A DNA stretch of 64,000 nucleotides, from assembly GCA_963806535.1 (NCBI GenBank), contig CAWDYC010000006.1:96001-160000 (forward strand). The letters are read 5' to 3'. This document shows, one piece after another, positions 1 to 9,942 of the stretch. Made by a program: the position numbers and the translations under genes. This DNA is from Candidatus Bathyarchaeota archaeon. GTDB taxonomy: Archaea > Thermoproteota > Bathyarchaeia > Bathyarchaeales > Bathycorpusculaceae. Position 1 is the first letter of the stretch; every line of letters starts with the position of its first letter. The notes under the pieces are model-generated. The model saw nothing but the letters and a program-made list of their open reading frames with translations, had not been told where the DNA came from and made no database searches.

Positions 1-15
1 CTAAGAGTGTTATGC

Positions 16-231
16 ATGGCAAAGCTCCGACCGTTGCCCCAGCGAAAAGTAATTGAAATTCTTAGGTCTAATGGCTTTCAAGAAGTAAGGTCCAGTAAGC
101 ACATTACATTCAAGAAAAAGGTGGGTCACCATATTTTAACAACATGGGTGCCGCATCACAAAGAAGTTACAGTCTTTGTGATCCAATACATTATCAAGCA
201 AACGGAAAAGCCTCGCTCCGAATTTGAATAA
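16..231 (+). CDS. hicA: HicA-family mRNA interferase toxin
   Basis: ~71 aa basic protein; 'VIEILRSNGF.EVR.SKHITFKK...VPHHKEV...IQYIIKQ' fits the HicA pattern (GSH-like His, VP.H). A hicB partner would lie left of the window. Confidence 0.8.
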   Translation: MAKLRPLPQRKVIEILRSNGFQEVRSSKHITFKKKVGHHILTTWVPHHKEVTVFVIQYIIKQTEKPRSEFE

Positions 232-356
232 ATCTATTCATGGGATGGTTGATCATTCAAATCTGCAAATAGGCGATTTGGGTGCTGCTTACTTATTTGT
301 TTTATTAAATGTCGTAATAAACATTTTTATATACTTTTGTATATTATAATAGACAT

Positions 357-1622
357 ATGTTAAGAGATGTTATTCTCGGCCAAAAAACAGAGCTTGAAAA
401 GGTCCTGAAAGAAGTCTACATCGAGCGCGACATAGAACCGTTTTCACTTGAACATAATCTTATTAAAGTTATCATGGGTCCTAGAAGAGCTGGGAAATCC
501 TTTTTTGTTTTACACACCCTAAAACGCATGGGACTATTTGGATATGTAAATTTTGATAATGAAGCTTTAGTTCTTCTAGAAAACTACGATGATCTTATCG
601 CTGAAGTCGACAGAGTGTATGAAAAACCAACAACCATTTTTTTTGATGAGATACAAAACCTGCCAAGATGGGAATTGTTCGTTAACAGGCTTCAACGTCA
701 AGGCTATAACATAGTAGTGATAGGAAGCAACTCAAAGCTGCTGAGCAAAGAACTCGCAACACATCTGACAGGTAGGCACATTCCCACTACAGTACTTACA
801 TTTTCATTCAAAGAATATCTTAGAGCTCGAAAGATAGATCTATTAAAGTTAACTACGCAACAAAAAGAAGAACTGTTACTTGAATACCTGCGCTCCGGAG
901 GCTATCCTGAAACAGTGATGAAAAAGCTGGACGCAGGCCAATATCTTGGAGTTTTGTTTGATTCTATACTATACAAAGACATAATCAAGCGTCATAATAT
1001 CAGAAAAGGACCAGATATAGAAAAATTAGCTATCTTTTTGCTCTCAAACTTGGCGTCAGAATTATCTTATCGTTCACTTGCCAATGCAATCGGGCTAAGA
1101 AGTAGCATAACAGTCCAGAAATACTGCGGATTTTTGGAAGAAGCGTATCTGATGTTTACAGTAAGCAGGTTTTCTTATAAAACCAAGCAGGTAGGGCAAA
1201 ACAGAAAGATGTATTGTTATGACAATGGTTTTGTCGCTGCAAAGGCATTTCAAGCCTCCCCAAACTTAGGCAAACTTTTTGAAAATTCCATTGCAATACA
1301 CCTCAAGCAAAAAGAAATAGCGAAACGATTTGAGCTCTTTTATTGGAGAAACCAGCAAGGTGAGGAAGTCGATTTCGTTATTAAAAAGGGAACGAAAATC
1401 GTAGAATTAATTCAAGCATGTTATATGCTGGATAATGAGAAGACACGGGAAAGGGAAATTCGAGCGTTACTGAAAGCAGGCAAGGAACTGGGATGCAATA
1501 AGCTCACCGTTCTCACTTTACGAGAAGACAAAGAAGAAGAGCGGGAATGGTTTGGAATCAAAGGAAAAATCACTTACATTCCATTTGAAAAATGGGTTCT
1601 GGAAGGAGCAGTCACCAATTAG
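357..1622 (+). CDS. AAA+ ATPase with C-terminal DUF4143 domain
   Basis: Walker A GPRRAGKS, Walker B FFDEIQ, GSNS, GGYPE, K.Y.YDNG, ENSI and EVDFV motifs typical of AAA_14+DUF4143 proteins; TTTATATA box at ~326-333. Confidence 0.9.
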   Translation: MLRDVILGQKTELEKVLKEVYIERDIEPFSLEHNLIKVIMGPRRAGKSFFVLHTLKRMGLFGYVNFDNEALVLLENYDDLIAEVDRVYEKPTTIFFDEIQNLPRWELFVNRLQRQGYNIVVIGSNSKLLSKELATHLTGRHIPTTVLTFSFKEYLRARKIDLLKLTTQQKEELLLEYLRSGGYPETVMKKLDAGQYLGVLFDSILYKDIIKRHNIRKGPDIEKLAIFLLSNLASELSYRSLANAIGLRSSITVQKYCGFLEEAYLMFTVSRFSYKTKQVGQNRKMYCYDNGFVAAKAFQASPNLGKLFENSIAIHLKQKEIAKRFELFYWRNQQGEEVDFVIKKGTKIVELIQACYMLDNEKTREREIRALLKAGKELGCNKLTVLTLREDKEEEREWFGIKGKITYIPFEKWVLEGAVTN

Positions 1623-1664
1623 CGGTGGAAATTGATAATGGTGCAGGTCGTAAATCTTCTTAAA

Positions 1665-2042
1665 TTATGGGTCTATGAATTTGGCATCTTTGAAATCTTT
1701 CAGGTGTCGGTCGCTGGTAATTATTTGAGCGTTAAAGGCTCTGGCTGTTGCTACAATTAACGAGTCTGCCATTCCCAAGCTTGCATTTAAACTAATTTCC
1801 GCTGCTTCTATTGCTATTTGAGAGGTTAATTCTATTATTTTTGTTCGGTTTATCTGTGCGGAGGCTTCTAGTGCACTTTGCTCGCCTTGGATACTTCGAA
1901 TCCGTTTGTAGACTTCATACATGACAATGGTTGGTGTTACGTAATTTTCCTCGTTTGCATCTTCAATGTATTTTGCATATTTTTCTGCAAGTGGGCCTTC
2001 GAGGAAATATTCTAACCAACCGTGCGAGTCGAGGAGAATCAA
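1665..2042 (-). CDS. vapC: PIN-domain VapC toxin
   Basis: N-terminal LDS, YEV, ADSLIVATA, TSD.H acidic PIN motifs; overlaps the stop codon of the upstream antitoxin. Confidence 0.9.
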   Translation of the reverse strand: MILLDSHGWLEYFLEGPLAEKYAKYIEDANEENYVTPTIVMYEVYKRIRSIQGEQSALEASAQINRTKIIELTSQIAIEAAEISLNASLGMADSLIVATARAFNAQIITSDRHLKDFKDAKFIDP

Positions 2043-2248
2043 ATTCGATCCTCTTCTTCTCGGATGTTTTGTGTATTTCCACCTTTCACGAAGCCGCGCA
2101 TTTGTTTTATTGGTCTTTGTGGTACTAAATGTAAAACTCCTGCGGTTTCTATCATAATGATTTCTTCGCCGGCTTTCAGGTTCATTTTTTCTCTGATTTC
2201 TCTTGGAATTACAACTTGAAACTTAGAGGACAGTTTTACTTTAGCCAT
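2039..2248 (-). CDS. vapB: AbrB/MazE-type antitoxin (VapB)
   Basis: MAKVKLSSKFQVVIPREIREKMNLKAGEE is an AbrB swapped-hairpin signature; ATG at 2248 with GGAG upstream; coupled to vapC. Confidence 0.88.
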   Translation of the reverse strand: MAKVKLSSKFQVVIPREIREKMNLKAGEEIIMIETAGVLHLVPQRPIKQMRGFVKGGNTQNIREEEDRI

Positions 2249-2431
2249 ATCGATCTCCAATAGTTGAACAGAAACTAATCGATATAAAGATTTTCGTAAA
2301 ACACATTTAGGGTCGCAGTCTTGCAAACAAATCAATGTTACCTGTTTCAAGCCCGTTCTGCCTATTCCGCCCGCGCTAAACAGCAACAGTTAAAATAGGG
2401 AAACTAAGGCCTGAGTGGGACTCAGCGTGCG

Positions 2432-3076
2432 CTAATTTATAATTCCGTCAAGCCATGATAGATGCCCAGTGTAGGGTTGAGTTCCAACATCAACAATGGT
2501 GCTGAGACACGTTGAAGGCAGTCCAACCACGTATAACCCTTCTGACCCTTCTGAAGTGACAGTGTAGTTAACAACCACTTGATAATAGCTCACCCATGTC
2601 GCACTTGATTCAGTAACACTCAATCCTGAGCCAGTTCCAAGCGTGCCATTCGACAAAACATTTAACACGCCAACGGGATTTCCAAAAACCGGATTGAATA
2701 TCGGCATCGTCAAATTGTTAAAGGCGATTCCCGTATACGTGACCGTAAATTCACCCACGCTATTCGGGAGCAGAACAAATTCAATCGTATCCGAAGTAGG
2801 ATGGACGGTCTTCACGAAACCGGTCGCGTTCGAAAAAGACAATGTCGCGAAGATGGCGGGGCCCCCAGCGATGTTAGGACCCCCAGCTGAACCAACGATT
2901 CCCTGAGAAGACGTTCCATTTTGCCCCCCAACTGAACCAACAGTTTCCCCAGAAGACGCCTCATTTTGCTTCTGAGGCAGGTAGCCAAATTGATAGCAAA
3001 GCGAAACCAACACTACAACGATTAGAACTGCCACTATTACGTAAAGCCATGAGTGTTTCCTAATCCTTTTTTGCAT
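2432..3076 (-). CDS. Membrane-anchored extracellular hypothetical protein
   Basis: Basic N-terminus plus TM helix (MQKRIRK...), Gly/Ser linker, beta-rich domain. ORF track starts at 3139; the ATG at 3076 is more plausible. Confidence 0.7.
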   Translation of the reverse strand: MQKRIRKHSWLYVIVAVLIVVVLVSLCYQFGYLPQKQNEASSGETVGSVGGQNGTSSQGIVGSAGGPNIAGGPAIFATLSFSNATGFVKTVHPTSDTIEFVLLPNSVGEFTVTYTGIAFNNLTMPIFNPVFGNPVGVLNVLSNGTLGTGSGLSVTESSATWVSYYQVVVNYTVTSEGSEGLYVVGLPSTCLSTIVDVGTQPYTGHLSWLDGIIN

Positions 3077-3172
3077 CTGAAGATCACTAAGCAAAGATGG
3101 ATGGATGAACGTAATTATTAATCCTACAGTATAGAACATATTACTGTCAAGGTGTCCAACTTCTGAACGGAC

Positions 3173-4657
3173 TCATTTTTGTATTGTTCGTCTTTTTTTG
3201 AAAACTAAGGTAATTGTGGTTATAATGCCAAACATGACTACGATTGTAAGTGCGCAATAAGTAAACTCAGGAACAGCGGGAGTTGATGAAGGATTTGCTG
3301 ATGCAGGAGTTGTGTTTGTTGAAGAGCTTGCGGTCGGAGTTGTGGTCAATGTCGGTGTGGGTGTCGGCGTTGGTGTTGGCGTAGGGGCTGTTAGATTTGA
3401 AGCTTGAGGGTTTGGCTCTGTCAAGAATGGGACAAAGTTTACAGAACCCACGTTGAAGTCGTTCTTGGTGTCGTAAATGGTTTGATTTATTGCTTGGGTA
3501 TCAGTTGTTCCCCACCAATTGTAAGTCGCATTTACGCTCATGGGTACCTGTGAGTAAAAGTTGTAGTTAGAGTTGTTTTGGAGATTATTATTTTGAATTG
3601 TGGGCGTTGCGTTATAACCGAGTTCAGATAGAGATATTCCAATGGAATTTCCTGCTACTGTATTATTTTGTACGGTTGGAGTAAATGTCCCGCCTCCAAA
3701 AACTTCGGTGAGGTCAATACTAATGCCTTTAGAATTACCAACCACTAGGTTGTTTTGGACTGTTGCATAACAGGGAAGGTTTCCGCCAAAAACTCTCTCA
3801 GTATAGAGGCTTATGCCTACTTGGCATCCATAGACATGATTGTTGTAGATTGCCCCATAGCCGTCGCAGAAAATTCCTCCTTCGTTATTAGTGGTGCCAT
3901 TTACTATTTGAGGGGGACCGGTAACAGTGTTATTGAAGATTCTGGGTGTGCCTTGGGGGCTGCCCGATATGATTGAACCTTCAACTACGTTGTTTGAAAC
4001 TATACAAGCTTCTGCAGGGGCTGTAATGGCTCCCAGATAGACCTCCCCAAGAACGATATTACCTTTGACGTTATTGTTTGAAATAACCGATGAATCTACG
4101 ACAGCATCACTCTCCACAATCGGTATTGCAGAATGGCAGTTAATATCGCCAGTTACTATATTGTTTGATATTATTGATGAAGTGACTGTGATTTGGCTGT
4201 TGATGATGCTGTTGTCAATTTTTATGGGGTTGCTGCTGGAGATTGAAGTTTGATTGATAATTGAGTTTTCAATTAAGCAGCCAGAATTAGTTTGTTCATT
4301 CCAGCTGTTACTAGCGATTGTGAAGGTGATTTGTCCACCGTTAAAGGTAATCTCTTCATTTGGATTGCCAATTGCGCTTAAGGTGCCGTTTACTTCAATG
4401 TAGTAGCTTCCAAGGTTCACTATTACGCCTGGCTGGATCGTTAATGTTGCTCCTTGATAAACAAGAGTATTGCCTGTTAGGGTGTATGGACTGCCTGACG
4501 TAGTCCAGGTAGTGTTTGAACCAATAATTCCACTTATGTTTGTTCCACTTTGAGCCAATCCTAACGGCTGAGTATTGAACAAGAATGCACCTGAGACAGC
4601 CACAACGAGAATAAAGATCAAAGCAAAACTCTTGTCTAAGGTTCTCATAGTCACCAC
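3173..4657 (-). CDS. Right-handed beta-helix (NosD/CASH-like) surface protein with PEF-CTERM sorting signal
   Basis: Signal peptide, Asn-rich 'I.NN.I.GN..GI' repeats, 'VNATYNWWGT' motif, PT/ST linker, VPEF + TM + KKRR. Confidence 0.85.
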   Translation of the reverse strand: MVTMRTLDKSFALIFILVVAVSGAFLFNTQPLGLAQSGTNISGIIGSNTTWTTSGSPYTLTGNTLVYQGATLTIQPGVIVNLGSYYIEVNGTLSAIGNPNEEITFNGGQITFTIASNSWNEQTNSGCLIENSIINQTSISSSNPIKIDNSIINSQITVTSSIISNNIVTGDINCHSAIPIVESDAVVDSSVISNNNVKGNIVLGEVYLGAITAPAEACIVSNNVVEGSIISGSPQGTPRIFNNTVTGPPQIVNGTTNNEGGIFCDGYGAIYNNHVYGCQVGISLYTERVFGGNLPCYATVQNNLVVGNSKGISIDLTEVFGGGTFTPTVQNNTVAGNSIGISLSELGYNATPTIQNNNLQNNSNYNFYSQVPMSVNATYNWWGTTDTQAINQTIYDTKNDFNVGSVNFVPFLTEPNPQASNLTAPTPTPTPTPTPTLTTTPTASSSTNTTPASANPSSTPAVPEFTYCALTIVVMFGIITTITLVFKKRRTIQK

Positions 4658-4671
4658 TTGGATTAAATTCG

Positions 4672-4725
4672 AATAAAAGCCTTCTCGTAAAGATCTCTTG
4701 ACTTAATTTTAGTCAAGGTTTGTTT
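4672..4725 (-). promoter_or_regulatory. TATA/BRE promoter with upstream palindrome CTTGAC-N9-GTCAAG
   Basis: Minus-strand TTTTATT ~25 nt upstream of ATG 4648; palindrome at 4697-4717; same arrangement at 7924-7976 and 9889-9942. Confidence 0.6.
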
Positions 4726-4952
4726 ACTTAGGGGGAACTCTGGGAAGTGATGATGCAATTTTTATCTTTTCTTTGTTGAAGGGTTCGCTTAAATAATTAA
4801 ACGCATCCATAAGCCGCTTTGTTGGGGTTGGGTCGGCTCGAATCCGCTTAATTTCGAAGATATAACTCTTTTTTTGTGTCCCTTGAGCTCCGGGAAAAAA
4901 ATAGCACCAAGCATTTTTAGGATAGACAGGGGGTCGGACCGGAAATTGTTTT

Positions 4953-5726
4953 TCAGAAGGTTTGTGGTTGCTGTGGAGGCGCTGTTCTTGCTTTCATCGA
5001 GTAGTAATACAGTGTTATGGCTATTGCAAAGATTGGTGTTATGAAAGCTGTCAGAATGCCGGAAATAAGAGGGCTGACTACGCCAAGTGGGGCAGTGATA
5101 AATCCGATTACGCCATTTACTATGCCTACAATAATGCCAAGTCACAAGCAATAAACCGAAGGTTTTTAGCCATCTGTTGCTAACGAGAACGCGACTTCTA
5201 GAGACGCTCTCAGAAACGCCTGTGCCCTCAAGCATTATGGCTGGGTAAACAAGCGAAAACATTATTGCAAGGATTATTCCGGGAATAACTAACGCAATTA
5301 ATCCAAGAACGATGAGAATACCTGTGATAATGCTTGCTGCCAACAAGGAAAGTATCTTTGTCAAGGTGAAATTGAAGGATGTTTGCAGGTTTGCTTGTCC
5401 TTTTTCCAGCAAATCTGAAGTGAATTTTATTGTGATTCCTGTAGTGATGCTGTTGGCGATCCAGCTTACGATTCCGGAAAAAATAGAGACCGTTACGGTT
5501 GCTGTCAGGTAGGTTGGAAACCATGCTAATAGTTGCTGCGACGTGGGATGCACTGGTGCTACAGGTATGACTATGGCTGACCTCACAGCAATGGTTACCA
5601 ATCCCGTTAAGATTCCTGCAGCAGGAACGGAATTAAATACTGTGCAAAATTTCGCGAATATAAATTGAACGTTTGCGTTAATATTTCGCCTATGGAGAGC
5701 TCGCTTTGCGGTTTCTTGCTTTCCAC
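4953..5726 (-). pseudogene. Multi-pass membrane protein (GDPD membrane-domain-like) with two frameshifts
   Basis: Reconstructed from GTG 5726 'ESKKPQSELSIGEILTQTFNLYSRNF...' with shifts near 5620 and 5140, ending '...LYYYSMKARTAPPQQPQTF*'. May be an assembly error rather than a true pseudogene. Confidence 0.65.
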
Positions 5727-5915
5727 TAACTTCTGCCTCTGTTGTCCTCTTGCTGTTTGAGCTTATTAATTTTGTTAGTCAATAAAGTCTGTTAACCAAA
5801 CGCTTTCTAAGTCACGAAAGAAACCATCACGAAAAAGGTTAACTCTCTCGAAAAGCGTTGTCTGATAATTAGGCTTAACCATTTTTCAGACTGTGTTAAA
5901 ACTCATAGCTAATTC

Positions 5916-6953
5916 CTAAAGACATTTGAGTATCCGAACTGTACTTGTGGGATACACCCAAAAATGGGAAAAGGTCCACTTAACGGTCTTTCGATGCCTT
6001 AGCTTGAACGCCATTAATAGTAGCACAAGGGCAAACAAGGGTAAAATTGCTAATGCTGGAAACTCTGGAACGGTTGGTGTTGATGTTGGGTTTGTTGATG
6101 TCGAAGCTGTTGGATTGGTTGTTGGGTTCCTTGTTGGTAATTGCGTAGGTACATTGGTTAGTTGGGAGGTCGGTGTAGCTGCGGGAGTTGAAGTAGACAT
6201 AGGCACTGCAACATTGTAGCTTAGCAGTTCTGACGAAAAAGCAAGATTTCCGTCTTGAAAATAATCAAGCTCTTTAACCTGCATATTTGCCTTTGTCGAG
6301 TAATAGATTTCAGAACTTGAGCCGCCATCATTTGTCATTCTAATTACAAATGTTTGAAATTTACCTGCTGGAACCGTGACATCTTCAGACCTTAAAACTG
6401 TAAAGTTGAAGGTTGTTTTTTGAGAATCTTTACCTTCAGTTAAGACGCCATTCAAGATGTGCTTTGTAGTCAGCGTTTGAGTCGTTGTTGCTGTCCAGTT
6501 TTTTCCAACATAGAATGGGAAGTCACTATTATTCATTGGTAGATTGTAATCGGTTATAGTCGTGATAGTTTCATTAAATGTCGATGTCTTTGTATCTAAT
6601 GTTATTTCTGACTTAGGCGTGCTGTAGTCTGTTTTGGTTTCATATTGCGTGCCGTTTGTTGTCCAGGTCCCTTGTCCTGAAGTGGTTCCTCCACCTGTCA
6701 ACGTAAATTCTGTACAATCATAACTGGAAACAGACACAGATGTACTCGTAATCTCGTTCGTTGTAGTACCGGTCATTCCCGAAGTCTGTCCATAGTTGAC
6801 GCGATACGTCCACTTGTCGCCCAGTGTGCGTACAGGCGATGTAGCCGTTTGATTTTCAGCTATTGTGAATGGAATTGTTTCTGAACTTATAATAAAGATT
6901 GAGATGATTAAAGCCACAATCAAGGATGAACATTTGATGGTTAACTTTTGCAA
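5916..6953 (-). CDS. Secreted beta-rich protein with PEF-CTERM sorting signal
   Basis: Signal peptide, 'GDKWTY', 'EDVTVPAGKF' motif, Thr/Pro linker, VPEFP + TM + KLRHRK. Confidence 0.8.
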   Translation of the reverse strand: MQKLTIKCSSLIVALIISIFIISSETIPFTIAENQTATSPVRTLGDKWTYRVNYGQTSGMTGTTTNEITSTSVSVSSYDCTEFTLTGGGTTSGQGTWTTNGTQYETKTDYSTPKSEITLDTKTSTFNETITTITDYNLPMNNSDFPFYVGKNWTATTTQTLTTKHILNGVLTEGKDSQKTTFNFTVLRSEDVTVPAGKFQTFVIRMTNDGGSSSEIYYSTKANMQVKELDYFQDGNLAFSSELLSYNVAVPMSTSTPAATPTSQLTNVPTQLPTRNPTTNPTASTSTNPTSTPTVPEFPALAILPLFALVLLLMAFKLRHRKTVKWTFSHFWVYPTSTVRILKCL

Positions 6954-7019
6954 TACATTCCTTCAATGTTCAACTTGTATCTTCAATTTTTCTATTTAAT
7001 ACTTGTTATCTTAGTGAGT

Positions 7020-7897
7020 TCACTGCATCAGGAGACCATGGGGCAGGTGTTTGTGTTTTTTGAAGTAAACCAACAAACCAGCAACTATCGTTAACACAAG
7101 AAAAGATATAATTGTTAATAATGGAAACTCTGGAACGGTAAGAGTTGAAGTAGGAGAAGAAGAGGTAGAATTTTCACCGATGGTTATTGTTCGTGTGTTA
7201 CTCCAACCACTTGCTGAATCATAGGCAATGGCCGGTTCATATAAGCCACCAATGGTAGGGAAAAACGGATGTTGAATATACCAGTATGTAGAGTTGTGCC
7301 CAATGAAAGCTTGTACTTGAAAATCAACCTGACCACTATATGGAATTGCGGTTAAAAATGACCCATATCCACCATTTTGATTTTCATTTCCAGAGTAGAA
7401 TGTTTGAATGTCATAGCCTGATGCTCCGTAAAGGTCTGTGGGCAATACAGGGAGAGTACTAACTGTATAACTTGAGTTTGACTGAGGCAAAGAATCGTCA
7501 ATATACCATGCAAAAAGAGAAAGTGCCATCTCCATTGTAGGAACTAGTTCTGTTTTGTATTGGGTAAACTTCAGTCCAGTTTTCTGCAAAGTGTGGTTTG
7601 GCTCTGATGTCAAAGTATATTTGGTAAGCTAAACCGTTGATTGGAGTAGTCAAAGGGCTGGTTCTTAATTGTAACTTCAATAGAGTTATTACTAATTAGT
7701 TGTGTTTCATTTTCTCCAGTGTAAGAATTTGTTGAAGTTACACTATAAGAAGCATTTACGAACTTAACGGTGAACTGGGGCATAGATGGTGTAGGTATTG
7801 ATTGAGCAAATACAGGCTTTATTATCCATAGACTTAGACCTGAGATGACTATGATTAGAATAAATAACAATGCGTGCCTTTTGTTTATTCTACTCAT
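7020..7897 (-). pseudogene. PEF-CTERM surface protein split by two frameshifts
   Basis: ORFs 7610-7897 (signal peptide), 7498-7680 and 7020-7613 join into one protein ending VPEFP + TM + KKHKH; shifts near 7640 and 7515. Confidence 0.75.
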
Positions 7898-7923
7898 ATT
7901 TTACATCTGGGACTGGCTTTTGT

Positions 7924-7976
7924 TATAAGGTTTCTCGTAAAGGTCTCTTGACTGAAGCTCGTCAAGGTTTCTTGAC
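7924..7976 (-). promoter_or_regulatory. TATA/BRE promoter with palindrome CTTGAC-N8-GTCAAG and an extra CTTGAC half-site
   Basis: TTATAA ~27 nt upstream of ATG 7897; palindrome at 7947-7966; half-site at 7971-7976. Confidence 0.6.
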
Positions 7977-8009
7977 CAATACTAATTCTCAAGACGGTCG
8001 GGGCATTTC

Positions 8010-8250
8010 TTATGTTTAAGCTTGAACGCCATCAAGAGCACAAACCAAATAAAAAATACAAACTGGAATACAAAGAAAATTGCACTCAGAAGCAGTCTTA
8101 AACTAAATCTTTATGGAAAAAGCTGCCTTAGGTTTGCGCAGGTTTACGTGCTTGTGCTTGCTTTTGCTTGTGTGTGCGTGTTTGTGCTTTGGTTTGCATC
8201 CTTGTACGTAGCTTGCAAGAGATTTAGAAACAAAATCAAAAAAGAAACTT
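8010..8250 (+). repeat. ~240-bp dispersed repeat, copy 1
   Basis: Near-identical to 12887-13132 from 'ttatgtttaagcttgaacgccatcaagagcac' to 'caaaatcaaaaaagaaactt'. Confidence 0.92.
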
Positions 8251-8352
8251 AAATTAAAGAAAACAAAACCTGCCAAAAAACCATCAATAACTATACATCG
8301 TTATTGAGAGATTTTCAAAAAATAATAATCATAACAAAAATAACAACACTTC

Positions 8353-8614
8353 TCACTGATACACTGTATTTCTTGGACCTATTGCTACAACATAGATGAT
8401 TTTATCTTTCTCCGAAATTGTATAAATTATTCGAAGTTTTTCAACCCGTAGACTCCAGTTTTCTTTTAAATCGCCGTGAAGTCGTTTTCCGCCAAAGGGG
8501 TCTTCTTCTAAACTGATTAAACATTCTAGAACTTTGGATTTTGGCTTTTCCTTCTAACTTCTTATAGAAATGTTCTGCATGTATAGACAAAACAACGGTG
8601 TGCTTCGATTTCAA
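8353..8614 (-). pseudogene. relE: RelE/ParE-family toxin with one frameshift (absent from ORF track)
   Basis: TTG 8614 'KSKHTVVLSIHAEHFYKKLEGKA' / shift ~8545 / 'SKVLECLISLEEDPFGGKRLHGDLKENWSLRVEKLRIIYTI...VVAIGPRNTVYQ*'; classic RelE motifs. Confidence 0.8.
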
Positions 8615-8828
8615 CGGGCTTCTTCCTTTAGAAGCGAGCGTAACTCTTTGACTCTTCCAGCTTTAATGTCTTCTTGCCTTCTTCGATTGCTTGCATCATT
8701 TTTGGGTCGCTTAAAATCTCCAAAGTTTCCATAAGTCCGCTCATGAGTTTGGTTGCTTCATCAAGCTTTTTTTTGGTTTCGCAGAGGAGCTTACGATCTT
8801 TGTCATCTAAATAGACTGTTTTAGCCAT
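8611..8828 (-). pseudogene. Antitoxin of the RelE pair with one frameshift
   Basis: 'ETLEILSDPKMMQAIEEG' followed, after a shift at ~8670, by 'DIKAGRVKELRSLLKEEAR*'; the restored stop overlaps the toxin start. Confidence 0.75.
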
Positions 8829-9039
8829 CTAACCACTTGACTATACAGATGAAAACCGTGCTTATAAATTTGAAAAAACTGCTAAAACTTCTTTTTGTTG
8901 TCAATATCTCTAAAATTTCTTATTCCAAATTATCTCATTTGCTCGTGACAGTTTGCAATAACTCCTTATTGAATCCGCAGATGATTATGGCTTAGATTAA
9001 AAAAATATCCTTAAAAACAAAAAATGTGATCCTTCTGAT

Positions 9040-9160
9040 TTTTTTTTCATTTAATTTCACTTTTCTTCACTCAACCTGCAAAAAAATCAAAGTCTTCAAA
9101 TTGAAAAAGCAACTAAATGCACAAAGAACAAAACTTGCCAAAAAACCGTCAATAACTGAT
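9040..9160 (+). repeat. Phased A-tract element; inverted close copy at 40874-40990
   Basis: 'ttaatttcacttttcttcactcaacctgcaaa...cttcaaattgaaaaagcaact...aaaaaccgtcaa' matches the reverse complement of 40874-40990. Confidence 0.88.
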
Positions 9161-9218
9161 TTGGTCGTTGATTTCCTGTTTTATTTTTTTTGTTGCGTTT
9201 ATCTTCAGATTCTTGCGG

Positions 9219-9863
9219 TTATTTGCGTTTTCTTGCAGATAAAGACTCAACCTGCAAACGAATCAAATCCTGAACCAAAAAGAGCAGTAAAAAACGCGAA
9301 GGACAAGCTGCAGAAAAAACAATTAAGGCGATAGATAGCATAGAGAGAAACAATGGCAAAATTGCTAACCATGGAAACTCTGGAACGGTTGGAGTCGGAG
9401 ATGGTGAAGCGGTTGACGTTGGGGTTGGCGAAGAAGTAGGGCTGGGTAATGTTTGAACTTCAACAATGTTGGAGAAAGCTCCACCAAGGTAATCTGCTGC
9501 GAGAATATAGAAGTGATATGTTGTGGAAGAAGATAAGTTAGCTATAGTAGTTATGGTCTGCTGACTATCTGTTGAAGTCCAAATGTCTTCGTAATTTGAA
9601 ACTCCATATAGGGGGGTTTGAGGGTCAAAAGTTTTGTTTGACATACGCAAAGTGTAGTAGTCAAAAAAAGGGTGTCCAGGAATTGGCACAAAACTTGCTG
9701 GGGGCTTGTCACTTGTCCAATACAATGTAACTGATGTATCTGTAATTTCTGTTGCATTAAGTGATATAGTCAGTGGTGCTTTAACATTTTGTGGCAAGGC
9801 TATCACTGAAGCTACGAAAACCAGAAGAAACATTAAAGCGAAACTCTTGCTTATTTTACCCAT
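9219..9863 (-). CDS. Fibronectin type III domain protein with PEF-CTERM sorting signal
   Basis: Signal peptide from ATG 9863, FN3 pattern 'ITDTSVTLYW...NLSSSTTYHFYILA', PT linker, VPEFPW + TM; the 3' end reads into a repeat element. Confidence 0.8.
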   Translation of the reverse strand: MGKISKSFALMFLLVFVASVIALPQNVKAPLTISLNATEITDTSVTLYWTSDKPPASFVPIPGHPFFDYYTLRMSNKTFDPQTPLYGVSNYEDIWTSTDSQQTITTIANLSSSTTYHFYILAADYLGGAFSNIVEVQTLPSPTSSPTPTSTASPSPTPTVPEFPWLAILPLFLSMLSIALIVFSAACPSRFLLLFLVQDLIRLQVESLSARKRK

Positions 9864-9888
9864 GCTTAGTGTTAAGAAATTATAGGCG

Positions 9889-9942
9889 ATAAAAGGCTTC
9901 CAGTAAAAGTTTCTTGACTGAATAAAGTCAACATTTTTTGAC
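9889..9942 (-). promoter_or_regulatory. TATA promoter with palindrome TTGAC-N8-GTCAA and an extra TTGAC half-site
   Basis: TTTTAT ~26 nt upstream of ATG 9863; palindrome at 9913-9932; half-site at 9938-9942. Confidence 0.6.

Noticed and set aside
4810-4850. tRNA-like 'GGCTCGAATCC'
   Set aside because: No cloverleaf or acceptor stem can be built.
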